DNA of 64,000 nt from Kondoa subrosea (lineage: Eukaryota): contig BCIN01000002.1 of NCBI GenBank assembly GCA_039545335.1, positions 496,001 to 560,000 of the forward strand, in the 5' to 3' direction. Under the pieces are notes generated by a model. It saw only the letters and a program-made list of their open reading frames with translations. It made no database searches and was not told where the DNA came from. Both the position numbers and the translations under genes were made by a program. This document shows positions 53,930 through 64,000 of this stretch, piece after piece; within the stretch, counting starts at the first letter, position 1; every line of letters starts with the position of its first letter.

Positions 53930-56236
53930 ATGAGTAATAGAGGCAGTCCTGCACCAAGAAGACCAGTCGAATCTCTCGTCAGCGTCAATTCCACAAGTTC
54001 AGATGTTAGCGACACGCGTAAAAGACAAAACAAACGCGACGAGGTCCGTAGTCAGTTGCTGTCAGACTGTTAGAGTCTTATAGAATGCTGGCGGACAGGC
54101 TATTCGCAAAAAGATAGAGAACGAATTGAATCGCAAACGACCTGGATCAGCAGCTCGTCGTGGACCTCAACAATCAAGCAAACGCGGTGGTGCGGCCAAC
54201 TCAAGCAAAAGAGCAGCTGGAACTGTATCCGCTTTGCGACCATTGCCCGCTTTGACTGTTCCATCTTCCATCACTGTTGCCGATGCTTCTCAGCTATGCG
54301 CGGCCAAACGAACAGATTGCGTCTTGGTCGTTGATGAGGATGAGCATCTTTGTGGTATCTTTACAGCGAAGGACTTGGCTTTCAGAGTAGGCTCATTCGG
54401 CCGGCAGTCATTTAACTCTTGCTTAGGTGAACTTTAGGTCATCGGAGAAGGTCTAGATCCTCGAAACACTCTAGTTTCCGCTATCATGACTCCTAATCCT
54501 ATGGTCACTCGCGATACTACTTCAGCGACCGATGCTCTTCAAACTATGGTTTCAAGAGGTTTCCGTCATTTAGTCAGTCATGCCTTCAAGCTACTAGCAA
54601 TTTACTCATATATGTATTTAGCCCGTCTGTAACGAAGAAGGAGATGTAGTCGGTCTACTCGATATTACCAAAGTCTTTCACTCTTCTTTAGAAAAACTTG
54701 AACGGGCATATGGTTCCTCGCAGCAACTCTATAGTGCCCTTGAAGGCGTACAATCTGAATGGTCAGGAGCAAACGCAGCTTTAGTAGCCTACGTGGAGCA
54801 GATTCGAGAATCTATGGCTGCACCCGATCTCTCTTCTTTGATCGATGCAAGAACCAGCGCGGTGACTGTAGGAGTCAAGACTTCTGTTAGGGATGCAGCT
54901 AAATTGATGAGAGAACATCATACTACTGCGGTAATCGTTATGGAGAACGCACCTGGACAAGGGGAGGCACCTAAGATTGCTGGAATTTTCACGAGCAAAG
55001 ATGTGGTTCTTAGGGTTATTGCCGCTGGATTGGATAGCAAGACTTGCAGTGTGGTCAGAGTCATGACTCCTCATCCGGATACAGCTTTCCCTTCTACTAC
55101 TATTCAAGAAGCGCTAAGAAAGATGCATGGTGAGTGCAGATCTGTAATATGCAAGTTCTTGCTTATTACTAATTGGCCAACACAGATGGACACTACTTAA
55201 ATCTACCTATTGTCGATCATGATGGCTCATTGGTTGCTTGCGTGGATGTACTCAAGTTGACTTATGCCACTCTAGAACAGGTCGGTGCAGCGCTTTGTAT
55301 TGCTCTTCATCGGTTCTGAGGCATGCAATATCACAGATCAGCACCATCAGCGCTGGAACTGAAAGCGGCGGAAGTGCAGACGCAAACGGCGGACCAATGT
55401 GGTCGAAATTCTTCAACTCTTTCGCTGGAGCAGGACCTGAACCACTCAACGATGCAGGAGATGGTGATACGGAGTCAATCATCTCTGCCTCTGACTTACC
55501 TTCTACACCACTTCGACCAGCTCATCATCGGCTAGAGTCAATGGACACACCTGGATCTGAATTAGCTCCAGGTGATTCAGCTTCAGTAACACATGAAGAG
55601 TCGATCGCTCCTTCCGCTTTACCCGCTTCTGGCGTCATAGATGAAGACGGAACTTATCTCTTCAAGTTTTCTGCTCCAGGTGGAACAACTCATCGATTCC
55701 AAGCGAGATATTCAGGTGAAGAAGTTTACGATACCATTATTGAAATTGTGACTGGCAAACTTTCTTCCGATTCCTTCTTCTCTTCTTCCTCCTCTGTCAA
55801 TGATGCGGAAAAGAAAAGGGATGCGACTGATTTTACTTTAAGTTATATGGACGATGATGGAGATTTGGTTCGAATCAGTCAGGATTCAGATATTGAAGAT
55901 GCGGTCAAGACTGCTCGAAAAGCAGGGAAAGATCGAGTTGTCCTTTTACTCAAAGGTGGGAAAGGTTGGGAAGATGAGATGGACAATTCAAAGAAAGCAG
56001 CTACAGCAGCAGTACAAGAGAAAGCACAGAATTTGGCTGCGATTGTAGAAGATGAAGCTGGAGAAGTGAATGAGAAGGTCAAAGCAGCTGGGAAGAAGTT
56101 GGGACACAAAGTCAAAGGCGACGATGGGTTGGCTTTCGGTTTCTTGCCTCAGGAATACCTCATTCCTGCAGCTGTGGCAGTAGGAGTAGCAGTCATTGGG
56201 ATCTTTGCGGTTTCTAGAATGGGTGGAAGCAAGTGA
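53930..56236 (+). CDS. CBS-domain + PB1-domain protein with C-terminal membrane anchor (Mug70-like)
   Basis: TRKRQNKRDEAIRKKIE, CBS repeats (CVLVVDEDEHLCGIFTAKDLAFRV; IAGIFTSKDVVLRVIAAG), PB1 acidic loop SYMDDDGDLV, C-terminal hydrophobic helix. The start may lie further upstream. Confidence 0.85.
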
Positions 56237-56532
56237 TTTGGTTCGGACAGACTATTATACATCATTTTCTTTTTCGAGCATGACCCAAGTGCACAGTTAC
56301 AAAGCAAAGAATGCAATAATCATTATATTATTTTCGAATGCAAAGCAATTATACTGAAGAATAAATGTACACAAGTTGTAACAAAGGATGTGTGTTCATG
56401 TATACTAAGGAAAAGGCCAACAAAAGCTACTATTACTACTAAACGAACATTAGCTTTCCACTCTCTTGTATACGATGTACTTTAGCCTTCTTCCTTCCTG
56501 CCTTTCTCTCTAGGATGTGTGCAAAAACGAGT

Positions 56533-57837
56533 TTAGTTTACAGTTGATCCTGTGGTGTAGTACTTCTCTTCAGTTTCGTAGTCTACAATGAGATGAAATA
56601 TTAGCTAATGCAAGAGCAATGATGAGGAAGGGGGAACGCACCATCTTTGCTTGATCTCCTTCCGAAACAGCAGGCCAAGAAGAAAGGTAGGACAGAGAGG
56701 AGTGAAGCACCAACAGCGGCCCTAAATGAAAACACATTTAGTACGGTACATCATCGACAAGAAGAGATTAGACTGACCATGTAATCCAAAGACCGTTTCC
56801 GTATGATACGTGAACACCTAGATTTTGTCCACCAAGAGTAGCGCCGTTGATTCCAGAGCGAACACGGTGAAGAACAATCTATATTGTTTCGTTACATCAG
56901 TAAAGAGCATCCAAGAAATCTTTGGTGGAAAGAGCAACTGACAGTCCAGATAATTGCTGCTGCTGCCAAAGCCAAGAAAGCGACAATGCCGAAAAGAGCA
57001 GAGAAGAGGAAAGCAAATCTATGCGCCAACAGACCGAGGATGAATGAAACGCCAATGGCGATTGCTCCAATGAAGTAAAGGTAGAAAGCGGCTTGACTGT
57101 GTGCAAAAGTTCCTTGTCAGAAACCATTCTTTCCATTTTAGGGAATCTAGACAAACGTGATCTTTCCTAGATAGCCATTAGAAGAGAAGGTAGTGGAAGG
57201 TAGAGCGTTGTTGACGGTAGTTTGAAGATCAGTGGGCACATCAGCCAAGATAGCGGTAGCGGGAGTGAATCTGTTGCCCCAGTGAGTGTTTGAGCAGTAG
57301 ACGTTTCCTCCAGTTCCGCTCTTTGATGGAGATCCGCAGTATGCTAAAGCGCAAGCGAAATGAGTTTGTGAACATCATGACGAAAATGGCAAACGTACCC
57401 CATAAACCGTATGAGTAGAATTGTCTGAGACCTTGTCCGTCCGCTGTCCTTGATCCAGTTCCATACAGGTTGTTTGTGGATGATCCTGCAGCTGCAAGGG
57501 CTGTGCCTAATCCAGTAGTGTCTCTGCAAATTAATTCGTCAAGACTGATGCAATGATGCCTTCTTTTCCAAGGATAAGACTAACACTGTGGCCATACGGA
57601 TAGACCTCGGTACAACTTGCTTGCTGCTGATTTGACTGATCTGTTACGGAAAATTATGAGTCTTGCCATTCTAGGCAATTCTTGTTTTGATGGACACACC
57701 TCGGCGAAAATCATGAGGATGACAGCAGCCAGAGCCCTACAGGTAGTGTTAGTCTATACTTGCAGTGTGTGTTCGGAGACCGCGCACATAAAGAGACCGA
57801 TAGAAGCACAGCTGTGAAAAGAATGGGAATTAGCCAT
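56533..57837 (-). CDS. SUR7/PalI-family tetraspan membrane protein
   Basis: N-terminal TM helix, extracellular YSYGLWAYC...C motif, three further TM helices; spliced. Confidence 0.78.
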
Positions 57838-58472
57838 GTTTGGAATTCAGCGATTGGGTCATGTAACTTGCATATTGAGACGAGCCATTATTGTAGTATT
57901 ATATGTATGAAGGTATGTGCAGAAGGTGCTTCTGAGATCTTCTTAGGTGAATGGTCTGAGAGAAAGAAAGTCCTTTGGGCAAAAAACAAGCGAGAGACTC
58001 GACTTGCCCTTTTCCGGCGATCAGCCGCGCGTGACGTAGAACTTGAGTTCAACGACTTTTGTAAAATAACAAATGAACAAGGATCTACATAATGATTCTA
58101 CCTGCTACATCATATCATCGCGAGACCGCAGCTAAAGAGATAAATGAAGTGCCTGCGACCTATATAAATGACATCAGCTTGAGGTCATTACCCTCATACC
58201 AGCACCAGCAGTGAAGAAGTCAGTGAGCTCAAGTCACGTGGTCTGAAGGTATATCAAGGGAAGAACAGGACAGCATGGAAGTACAGGATGGAATACTATT
58301 GAGTCTGAAAGAAAAGGAGAAAACGATGGAGCCAAGTCAGGCAAGAGAATGAAGCAAGCGTGACCTGGAGCGAGTTATGACCATAAGATAATCGAGCTCT
58401 TATTGAATACTGTCCAAGCAGAAAGACATCCTCAGCCATAATGCATCTAACCACTGACATCAAACGTACATT

Positions 58473-61081
58473 CTATTGCTGACCTCCAGCGCCAAACATA
58501 GCTTGCAATCTTGCTCTTATTCCAGCAGCATCCGCCGGTTCTCTATTCGGTGGTTCTTCTTCCTCTTGATCTTCATCATCTTCTCCATTAGCGCCAGGAA
58601 AAGCGCCAGGTGGTTGTTGAGGCCCAATAGCTTCAGCTAACATGCCCATCTGTTCTTGTACAGCAGCTCGAGTATCATCATCTGCATTAGTCCAATCTTG
58701 ACCTGGTACCCCAAGTCAGATTTGCAAATCAGGAGGAGGGATCCAGGCTGCTTACCTAGTAGCTGCTGCAGTTGTGCCAGTAAGCCTTGCCGAGTCCATC
58801 CTTGTTCGCCTGCTGCATTGCTAGTTTCCGCTGCTCGATCTTTCCTACGAACTCCAGCGAAATATGTTTCATCGTAGCTGTCACACAATGAGCGAAAGCC
58901 TGTAAGCGTGGTAATCACTCACTGAGTAGCTCCCATTGGAGGTAAAGGGTCGTAAGAATATTTGATCTGCTGTAGAACACCAGGAGGATAAAGTGGTCGA
59001 AGAGTAGCTACATCTGCAGCTAGTATATGTCTCTGTGATACTAGTCAGACTCTGCCAGCCTGGATTTCACTCAGCTCAGCTTACCAAAAACCCAGCTGGA
59101 ATGATATCTTTGCCATATAGTGCTTCACCGCTGTACATTGCTTGACCAAACGCGACTTCGGGATTTGAGCTATCCGAAAGTAGAGGAGCAGCTTGGTTGA
59201 CCACTTTCGTGATCCAGGCCTGCGAAGTTCTTTACTTAGTCATCTAGGCGATTTGGCATAGGACATACCATCAGCTCAGGTGGTCGGAACAAATTCCACG
59301 AGCGGTGCACATAGTACTGAGCCAACAGGTGTAGTATCGAATCAGGTCGATTCGTCCTTTACCAAGTATCAGCACATCAACCTTCTGGCGAAGAATGCGA
59401 ACCTACTCAAAAGTCGTTCGAACTTCACTCCTCTTATCCGATCTGAACACCTCCGGTATCTTTAGACCCAATTGATCGCATAACATAGGTACGACGAAAG
59501 GGAATCGTAAGACCGCTTTCAATAATTCTTTTTCGCTTTCCGGATGAGCTACATCTTCCGATTTCTTCCCACTTTTGCTTTCTTCCAAATCAAACATGAC
59601 TAAAGCTTTAGCGAAAGCTAAACCAGGATAGGTATCGAATTTGAGTATACTGTCTGAAGGAAGGTTGGCTGCTTGATATGCTTTTGGCAAAGTTTCCAAC
59701 AGATCAAGGAACCATTCGCCTTGTTGAGCTTTAGGTGCCAAAAATTCGAGACTATGCTTCCCTCCTTCAGCCTCTCAATATTCGTCAAAGCGCGGAAACT
59801 TACTGTAGCATAGATGCATAAGGATCTGAATATGGATCCAGGCATAACAACACTTTAGTCGTTTCGAAAGCAGTCCGCCAACAACCTCTCTTAGTCAGAC
59901 TAGCAATTTTCCGATCCAAAGCTCGGAACAAGCCTCTGTTTTCTATTCGTTCGAAAGCAAGTCGAGCAGATCCGTTGCTTAGCGAGAAAGATGCGGCGAA
60001 AGCTCTTTCGTACGCATGCAGAGCTCGATTGAGGAAATCATCAGCTTGACCTGCATCTCCTTGTTCTGCGTAACAATATGAGAACCATGACTGCAAGTTG
60101 AGAATAGAAGGAGACTAACGATTAGACATATCCGCAAGTGTTTGCAGTGTATCAAGATGATAAGGATGAAGGTAAAGAAGCGCTTGTAAGCCATTGACAT
60201 CGGAAGAAGCGACAGCTTGTAAGAACATGGATTGACATTCCTTGTAGCTGTTGGAATGTAAATAAGCGTAGATCGCTTCTCCTCCAGCACAGATCTCATC
60301 ATCCATTACTTCCATAGATAAACCAGATCGAACTGAATTGATTGGAGCCCAATGAGGTTGAGGTTTAGCTAAAGAACTACGTTGACGTGATGCTGGATTC
60401 GGGGGAGCTCTTCTGCCTTTGGGTACATTGGTTGTCGCTGCTGCTGCATTGATGACTCTGCTACCGAACATCTTTCGTAGCTCGGCATCAGGATCAAGGT
60501 GTTTGGAGTCGATGGAAAGCAGAGGTCGAAGTAAAGAAGGAGCGGAAGAAGTGCCTTGAGCAATTGGAGTAGATGAAGATGTCGAGGACTGCTCTATCTG
60601 AGGCTTACTGAGACCTAAGTCTTGTAGCGCCTGATCGATATCATCCAGCTTCTTTGCTTTGGCTTTCTTTGGCGTTGCAGCAGGCGATAGGGTCTGCTCA
60701 GTTTCAGCAGCATTCGTTTGTGTCTTCTTCTTCTTCTTTTTCTTGCTCTTCTTCTTGGGCTAGCTCGAAAGGTGAGCAGATTGACAAATGCCTTACAATG
60801 ACACATACTCTCACTTCCTCAATTTCAGACTCAGGTTCCGACTCGTCCACATCGTCTGGTTCCAGCTGATCATAGGATGCAGATCAGAGAGAGCCTTCAT
60901 CCGTCGCTAGACTACGCACTGATGCGAAAGCACTTTTCGATGTTGAAATTGCTGCCCCTTCTTCCGTACCAGATTCTTCATCCAGCGCTTCCTGTGCTTT
61001 TTGCAGACTTTCTAGCTCCTGCTGAGCTTTTGCTTGCCTTTTATTGACCATCCCTTGTGGTTGAGCTTTGCGAAGCGTCAT
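58473..61081 (-). CDS. RQC1: Ribosome quality-control subunit Rqc1/TCF25
   Basis: LDPDAELRKMFGSRVI, HPYHLDTL, RALHAYERAF, RIENRGLFRAL, RGCWRTAFETTKVLLCLDPYSDPY. Confidence 0.88.
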
Positions 61082-61230
61082 TTCTTCTCACTTTGCATGA
61101 CATCGGCTTCTCAGCTAGGGCTATTTGAACATACGCTCGTGTATTTTGTGCCGATCATCGATTATCATCTGGATGTCTCTTCCTGCTCTCCTCCTCCCGT
61201 ATCACCTCTTCTGGGTCATGCGAATTTGCA

Positions 61231-61320
61231 ATCTTCACAATCATTCACAATCATAACAATCATAACAATCATTTACAATCATTGAAATCATTGACATCAT
61301 ACAGATCATACAAATCATTC
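61231..61320. repeat. Degenerate 9-bp tandem repeat (CAATCATAA-like)
   Basis: About 10 imperfect units, e.g. caatcattca caatcataa caatcataa caatcattta caatcattga. Confidence 0.75.
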
Positions 61321-61657
61321 CCTTCAAACCCATTTTGCTGTAGATTTCTCTTTTTGCCGTGCTATTCCGGCACCTTGTATCGAAGCTTGGAACGAACCTT
61401 GGACCGAAACTTGAGCTAAAGTACTGCCTGATTCTTTGATTCATACTTTGATTGTTTTCTTGCTGTGTCTTGCTCTTCATCGATTTGCGTGGTCTACATA
61501 AGCAGGGAAATAGCAATACAATTAGTGTTTTCTCCATCCATCCGCCCATCCAATTATTCATCCGTCCGATCCTCCAAACATCCAAACCTCCAGCTACACC
61601 TCTATTAGTTTTGAAGCTACCTATAAAGCTGGATTGACCTCTGCCGTGATCAGTGAC

Positions 61658-62423
61658 ATGAAGGTGAGCTGGAATCATCTTCCTTACTTCTTGTTTCGCT
61701 GAGCAGAGTGCAGATCCCCAATTCAACGCTCGATATCGTGACCTCAACTTGCAATATCTGTCAAGGACCATTCTTCCGTCCGATCATTCTCGAATGCAAT
61801 CACACCTTCTGTTTTGGATGTATAACGAATTGGCGGAAGATCAATGTACATCTCACCGATAACTTGCCTTTCTGCTAGCTGACGATTATGACTAGAAGAA
61901 TTCATGTCCAACATGCAAGTATTTGGCTATAAACAGGCAAAAGCGTCAGCTCCACCTGGAAATTCAATCAAAAGCATACTTCAGCTCTCATCTAAAAAAT
62001 CTAGCTACTTCTGGTCAATCTGATCGATTCTGGTCTGCTATCAGTTAAAGAAAGAATCAGATAGATGAATTGGCTAGGCTTAGATGTATAGGAGAAAAGG
62101 AAAGATTCAAGGAAGATAATCAATTGCTAATTCTTCAAGTCTCGGTCAGTGTGCTTGTTTGTCAAGTATGTCTTTCTAGTAGAACTCTTCAGGCTCTCGC
62201 TCTGATTCCGAACAAGCGTCATGCAATCGAAACTTATCTTCAATTTCAGCTCAACATCATTAACGCTTCTTCCTCCACAAACGCGATGCTGAATGTCGAT
62301 TATCAAGGTTTCTGTTTTCGTTTACTGGCAGGTATCGACTACCGCTTCAACCCAGAGTTGTGGTATGCTCTAGCTGCAGCGTTAGGGCAAGATGAAGCTC
62401 GGCGAAGGGCTTACGTAAAGTAG
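61658..62423 (+). pseudogene. C3HC4 RING-finger gene with an in-frame premature TAA
   Basis: CNIC..PFFRPIILECNHTFCFGCITNW..(intron 61846-61895)..SCPTC; TAA at 62046-62048 interrupts a frame that continues into the 62070-62423 ORF. Confidence 0.6.
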
Positions 62424-62740
62424 GTGCTTGCAAGACACATTTACGCGCGATGACATTCGTATCTGCAATGCACAAAGATCATCCATATTACCTGGATACT
62501 GCGACGACAGGTTACGATAGGTTACATACGTCGACACGGCGGACAAAGCCAAGTCCGTTTTTGAAAACGAACATCAAGTACTTTTTTACGGCCGACTTAT
62601 GTCCGTTCCATTGTTTGGGCATTCTCTAGTGACGAGTAGACGATGAATACCCTAGTCTGATTAGCAACGATATACCTGTCTTTACTCGAACCCTTCCTGT
62701 GATCATTCTTGCTTAAGTACATCAAGATTTATCGTTCAAG

Positions 62741-63409
62741 ATGAATGAGCATTTCTATCCACCTGGCCCAACCGCGCCCAATAGTGATGATTTACTCGCT
62801 CGATTCGAGCACATGATGGCGGAAGAAAGGCAGAAGAACGCTCAGGCTCTAGTCGAGCTGGAGAAACGTTCAGCAGCAAGAGAGGCGCACTTGATATCGC
62901 TACTAAACAGGAATGGCTTGAATGGCGATGGTAACCCATTGCAGAATGAGAACAGCTCCTCTCCCTCTTCTTCTTCTCCACTGCCTCAAAATCCAAGCAA
63001 CTATCATCGGGCAGAAGACGCAGACATAGAAGACGCAGACATAGAAATCCCTCTTCCTGCACCAGCTACTCCCAGAAGATCGGTCAGGTCTAGAGGTCGA
63101 GCAACGCCAGCCGCTACAAAACACCCTTCTGTCAACACCTCTTCACTTCCAAGTTCACCGTCGCAACCAAAGAGCCTGGACATGGCCAAAATGGATTTCA
63201 AGAAAGCAGCGGCTCACGTGCATAAAGTGACCAAGAATGAGCTAGACCCAGAACAGGAGGCTATGCGTGTTCGTCAACCCTGCTTACTTAAATTTCCTGA
63301 ACTAATTACTTTTCACTTGTACAGAACTTCCATATTCGAGTTCTGGCCGAGAGCAGAGTTCTTTTGCGCAAGAGAGGGGATAAATTTGGTGACATTTCGG
63401 ACAGCATAG
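62741..63409 (+). CDS. Hypothetical coiled-coil, low-complexity protein, probably the transposon accessory ORF (truncated)
   Basis: 222-aa ORF with a 15-nt tandem duplication (EDADI x2); its 3' end overlaps the antisense transposase fragment. Confidence 0.45.
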   Translation: MNEHFYPPGPTAPNSDDLLARFEHMMAEERQKNAQALVELEKRSAAREAHLISLLNRNGLNGDGNPLQNENSSSPSSSSPLPQNPSNYHRAEDADIEDADIEIPLPAPATPRRSVRSRGRATPAATKHPSVNTSSLPSSPSQPKSLDMAKMDFKKAAAHVHKVTKNELDPEQEAMRVRQPCLLKFPELITFHLYRTSIFEFWPRAEFFCAREGINLVTFRTA

Positions 63410-63981
63410 GGACCGTTGTAAGATTGGATCGAGGTTGAGGTGTTTGAAAAGTGTCCGGATATCTTTAGGAAGTGGTGGTACTTCTGGCTGGGACGCTTGA
63501 CTTCCTTCTTTTCCAGCTCTTGACAGACCCAAACTAACAGCCAAAGCAAGCAGCAACCTTATAGTAGCCAAACAGATGCCAGCTTTCCTCCGACTGAGTT
63601 GACAGTATAGCGCAAGCCAGGCGACGAATGCGAGAACTCCAGTTCGAATTGCAATTGTATACTGAGCGATCGAGTAGCTTTCCGCAAGAGGTTCTACGCC
63701 AATGGTGTGAATGAACATCTGCCGAAAGGAGAATGGGAATCTAAATCACCTTCTGTCGCAATACCAAGCGATGGTTCTGATTGATCTGACGCATGACAAG
63801 ATGCCTGGGCCAAGTTTGTAGTGGCATTCGCTGCTGCTTCCTTTCGATCACGAATCCAATGGCTGGTCTTGGTTTTCGGGCGTCGCAAGCTGCCAGGGAC
63901 TATCTGGCCAGCAGAATTTGTGTATGTACATTTGATAACGCAGACGGTGCATGTGCAGGGCACCAGGCCCTTGCCAACCAT
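63302..63981 (-). pseudogene. N-terminal fragment of a fungal CACTA-type transposase
   Basis: CTC..C...H start, FVAWLALYCQLSR, LPKDIRTLFKHLNLDP..CCPKCHQIY. The two frames join through a 71-nt intron (63694-63764) or a frameshift; it stops long before any catalytic core. Confidence 0.6.
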
Positions 63982-64000
63982 GGTATGGGCTTGAGAAGGA

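Larger units (their letters stand above)
62535..64000. mobile_element. Truncated or internally deleted CACTA (En/Spm, CMC)-like DNA transposon
   Basis: Minus-strand transposase-like N-terminus converges on and overlaps an unrelated plus-strand ORF; the left end is only tentatively placed at CACGGCGGAC. Confidence 0.5.

Noticed and set aside
61241..61771. 176-aa minus-strand ORF
   Set aside because: Driven by the ATC-rich repeat and antisense to the RING exon; no family signal.

Overview
Gene-dense, intron-rich eukaryotic DNA (about 45-60 nt introns, CTRAY/CTCAY-like branch points). It is most likely from a basidiomycete fungus, possibly Pucciniomycotina; the taxonomy is an inference. About 23 spliced genes can be reconstructed: ATG2 (3' end), an ArsB-like permease, a flavin amine-oxidase-like protein, a Pho80/Pcl cyclin, DUS3, an F-box-like protein, a bacterial-type RnpA-like (RNase P protein) gene, a GYF protein, a rhodanese-PTP, DIC1, an APSES/StuA-like factor, a secreted Ser/Thr/Cys protein, Ras2, an unsplit cytoplasmic dynein heavy chain, ARO2, prolyl oligopeptidase, a CBS/PB1 protein, a SUR7/PalI protein, RQC1/TCF25 and orphans. 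The right end holds a RING gene with a premature stop and a CACTA-like transposon remnant. Highlights: a U2-type AT-AC intron plus 9-nt microexon needed to build the POP catalytic motif, a 3-nt microexon in DUS3, a nuclear RnpA-like protein, a natural Q-loop Gln-to-Ala change in the PTP, and a 300-nt structured intron-like element in an apparently non-coding locus. Gene models were spliced by eye, so boundaries need RNA-seq confirmation.
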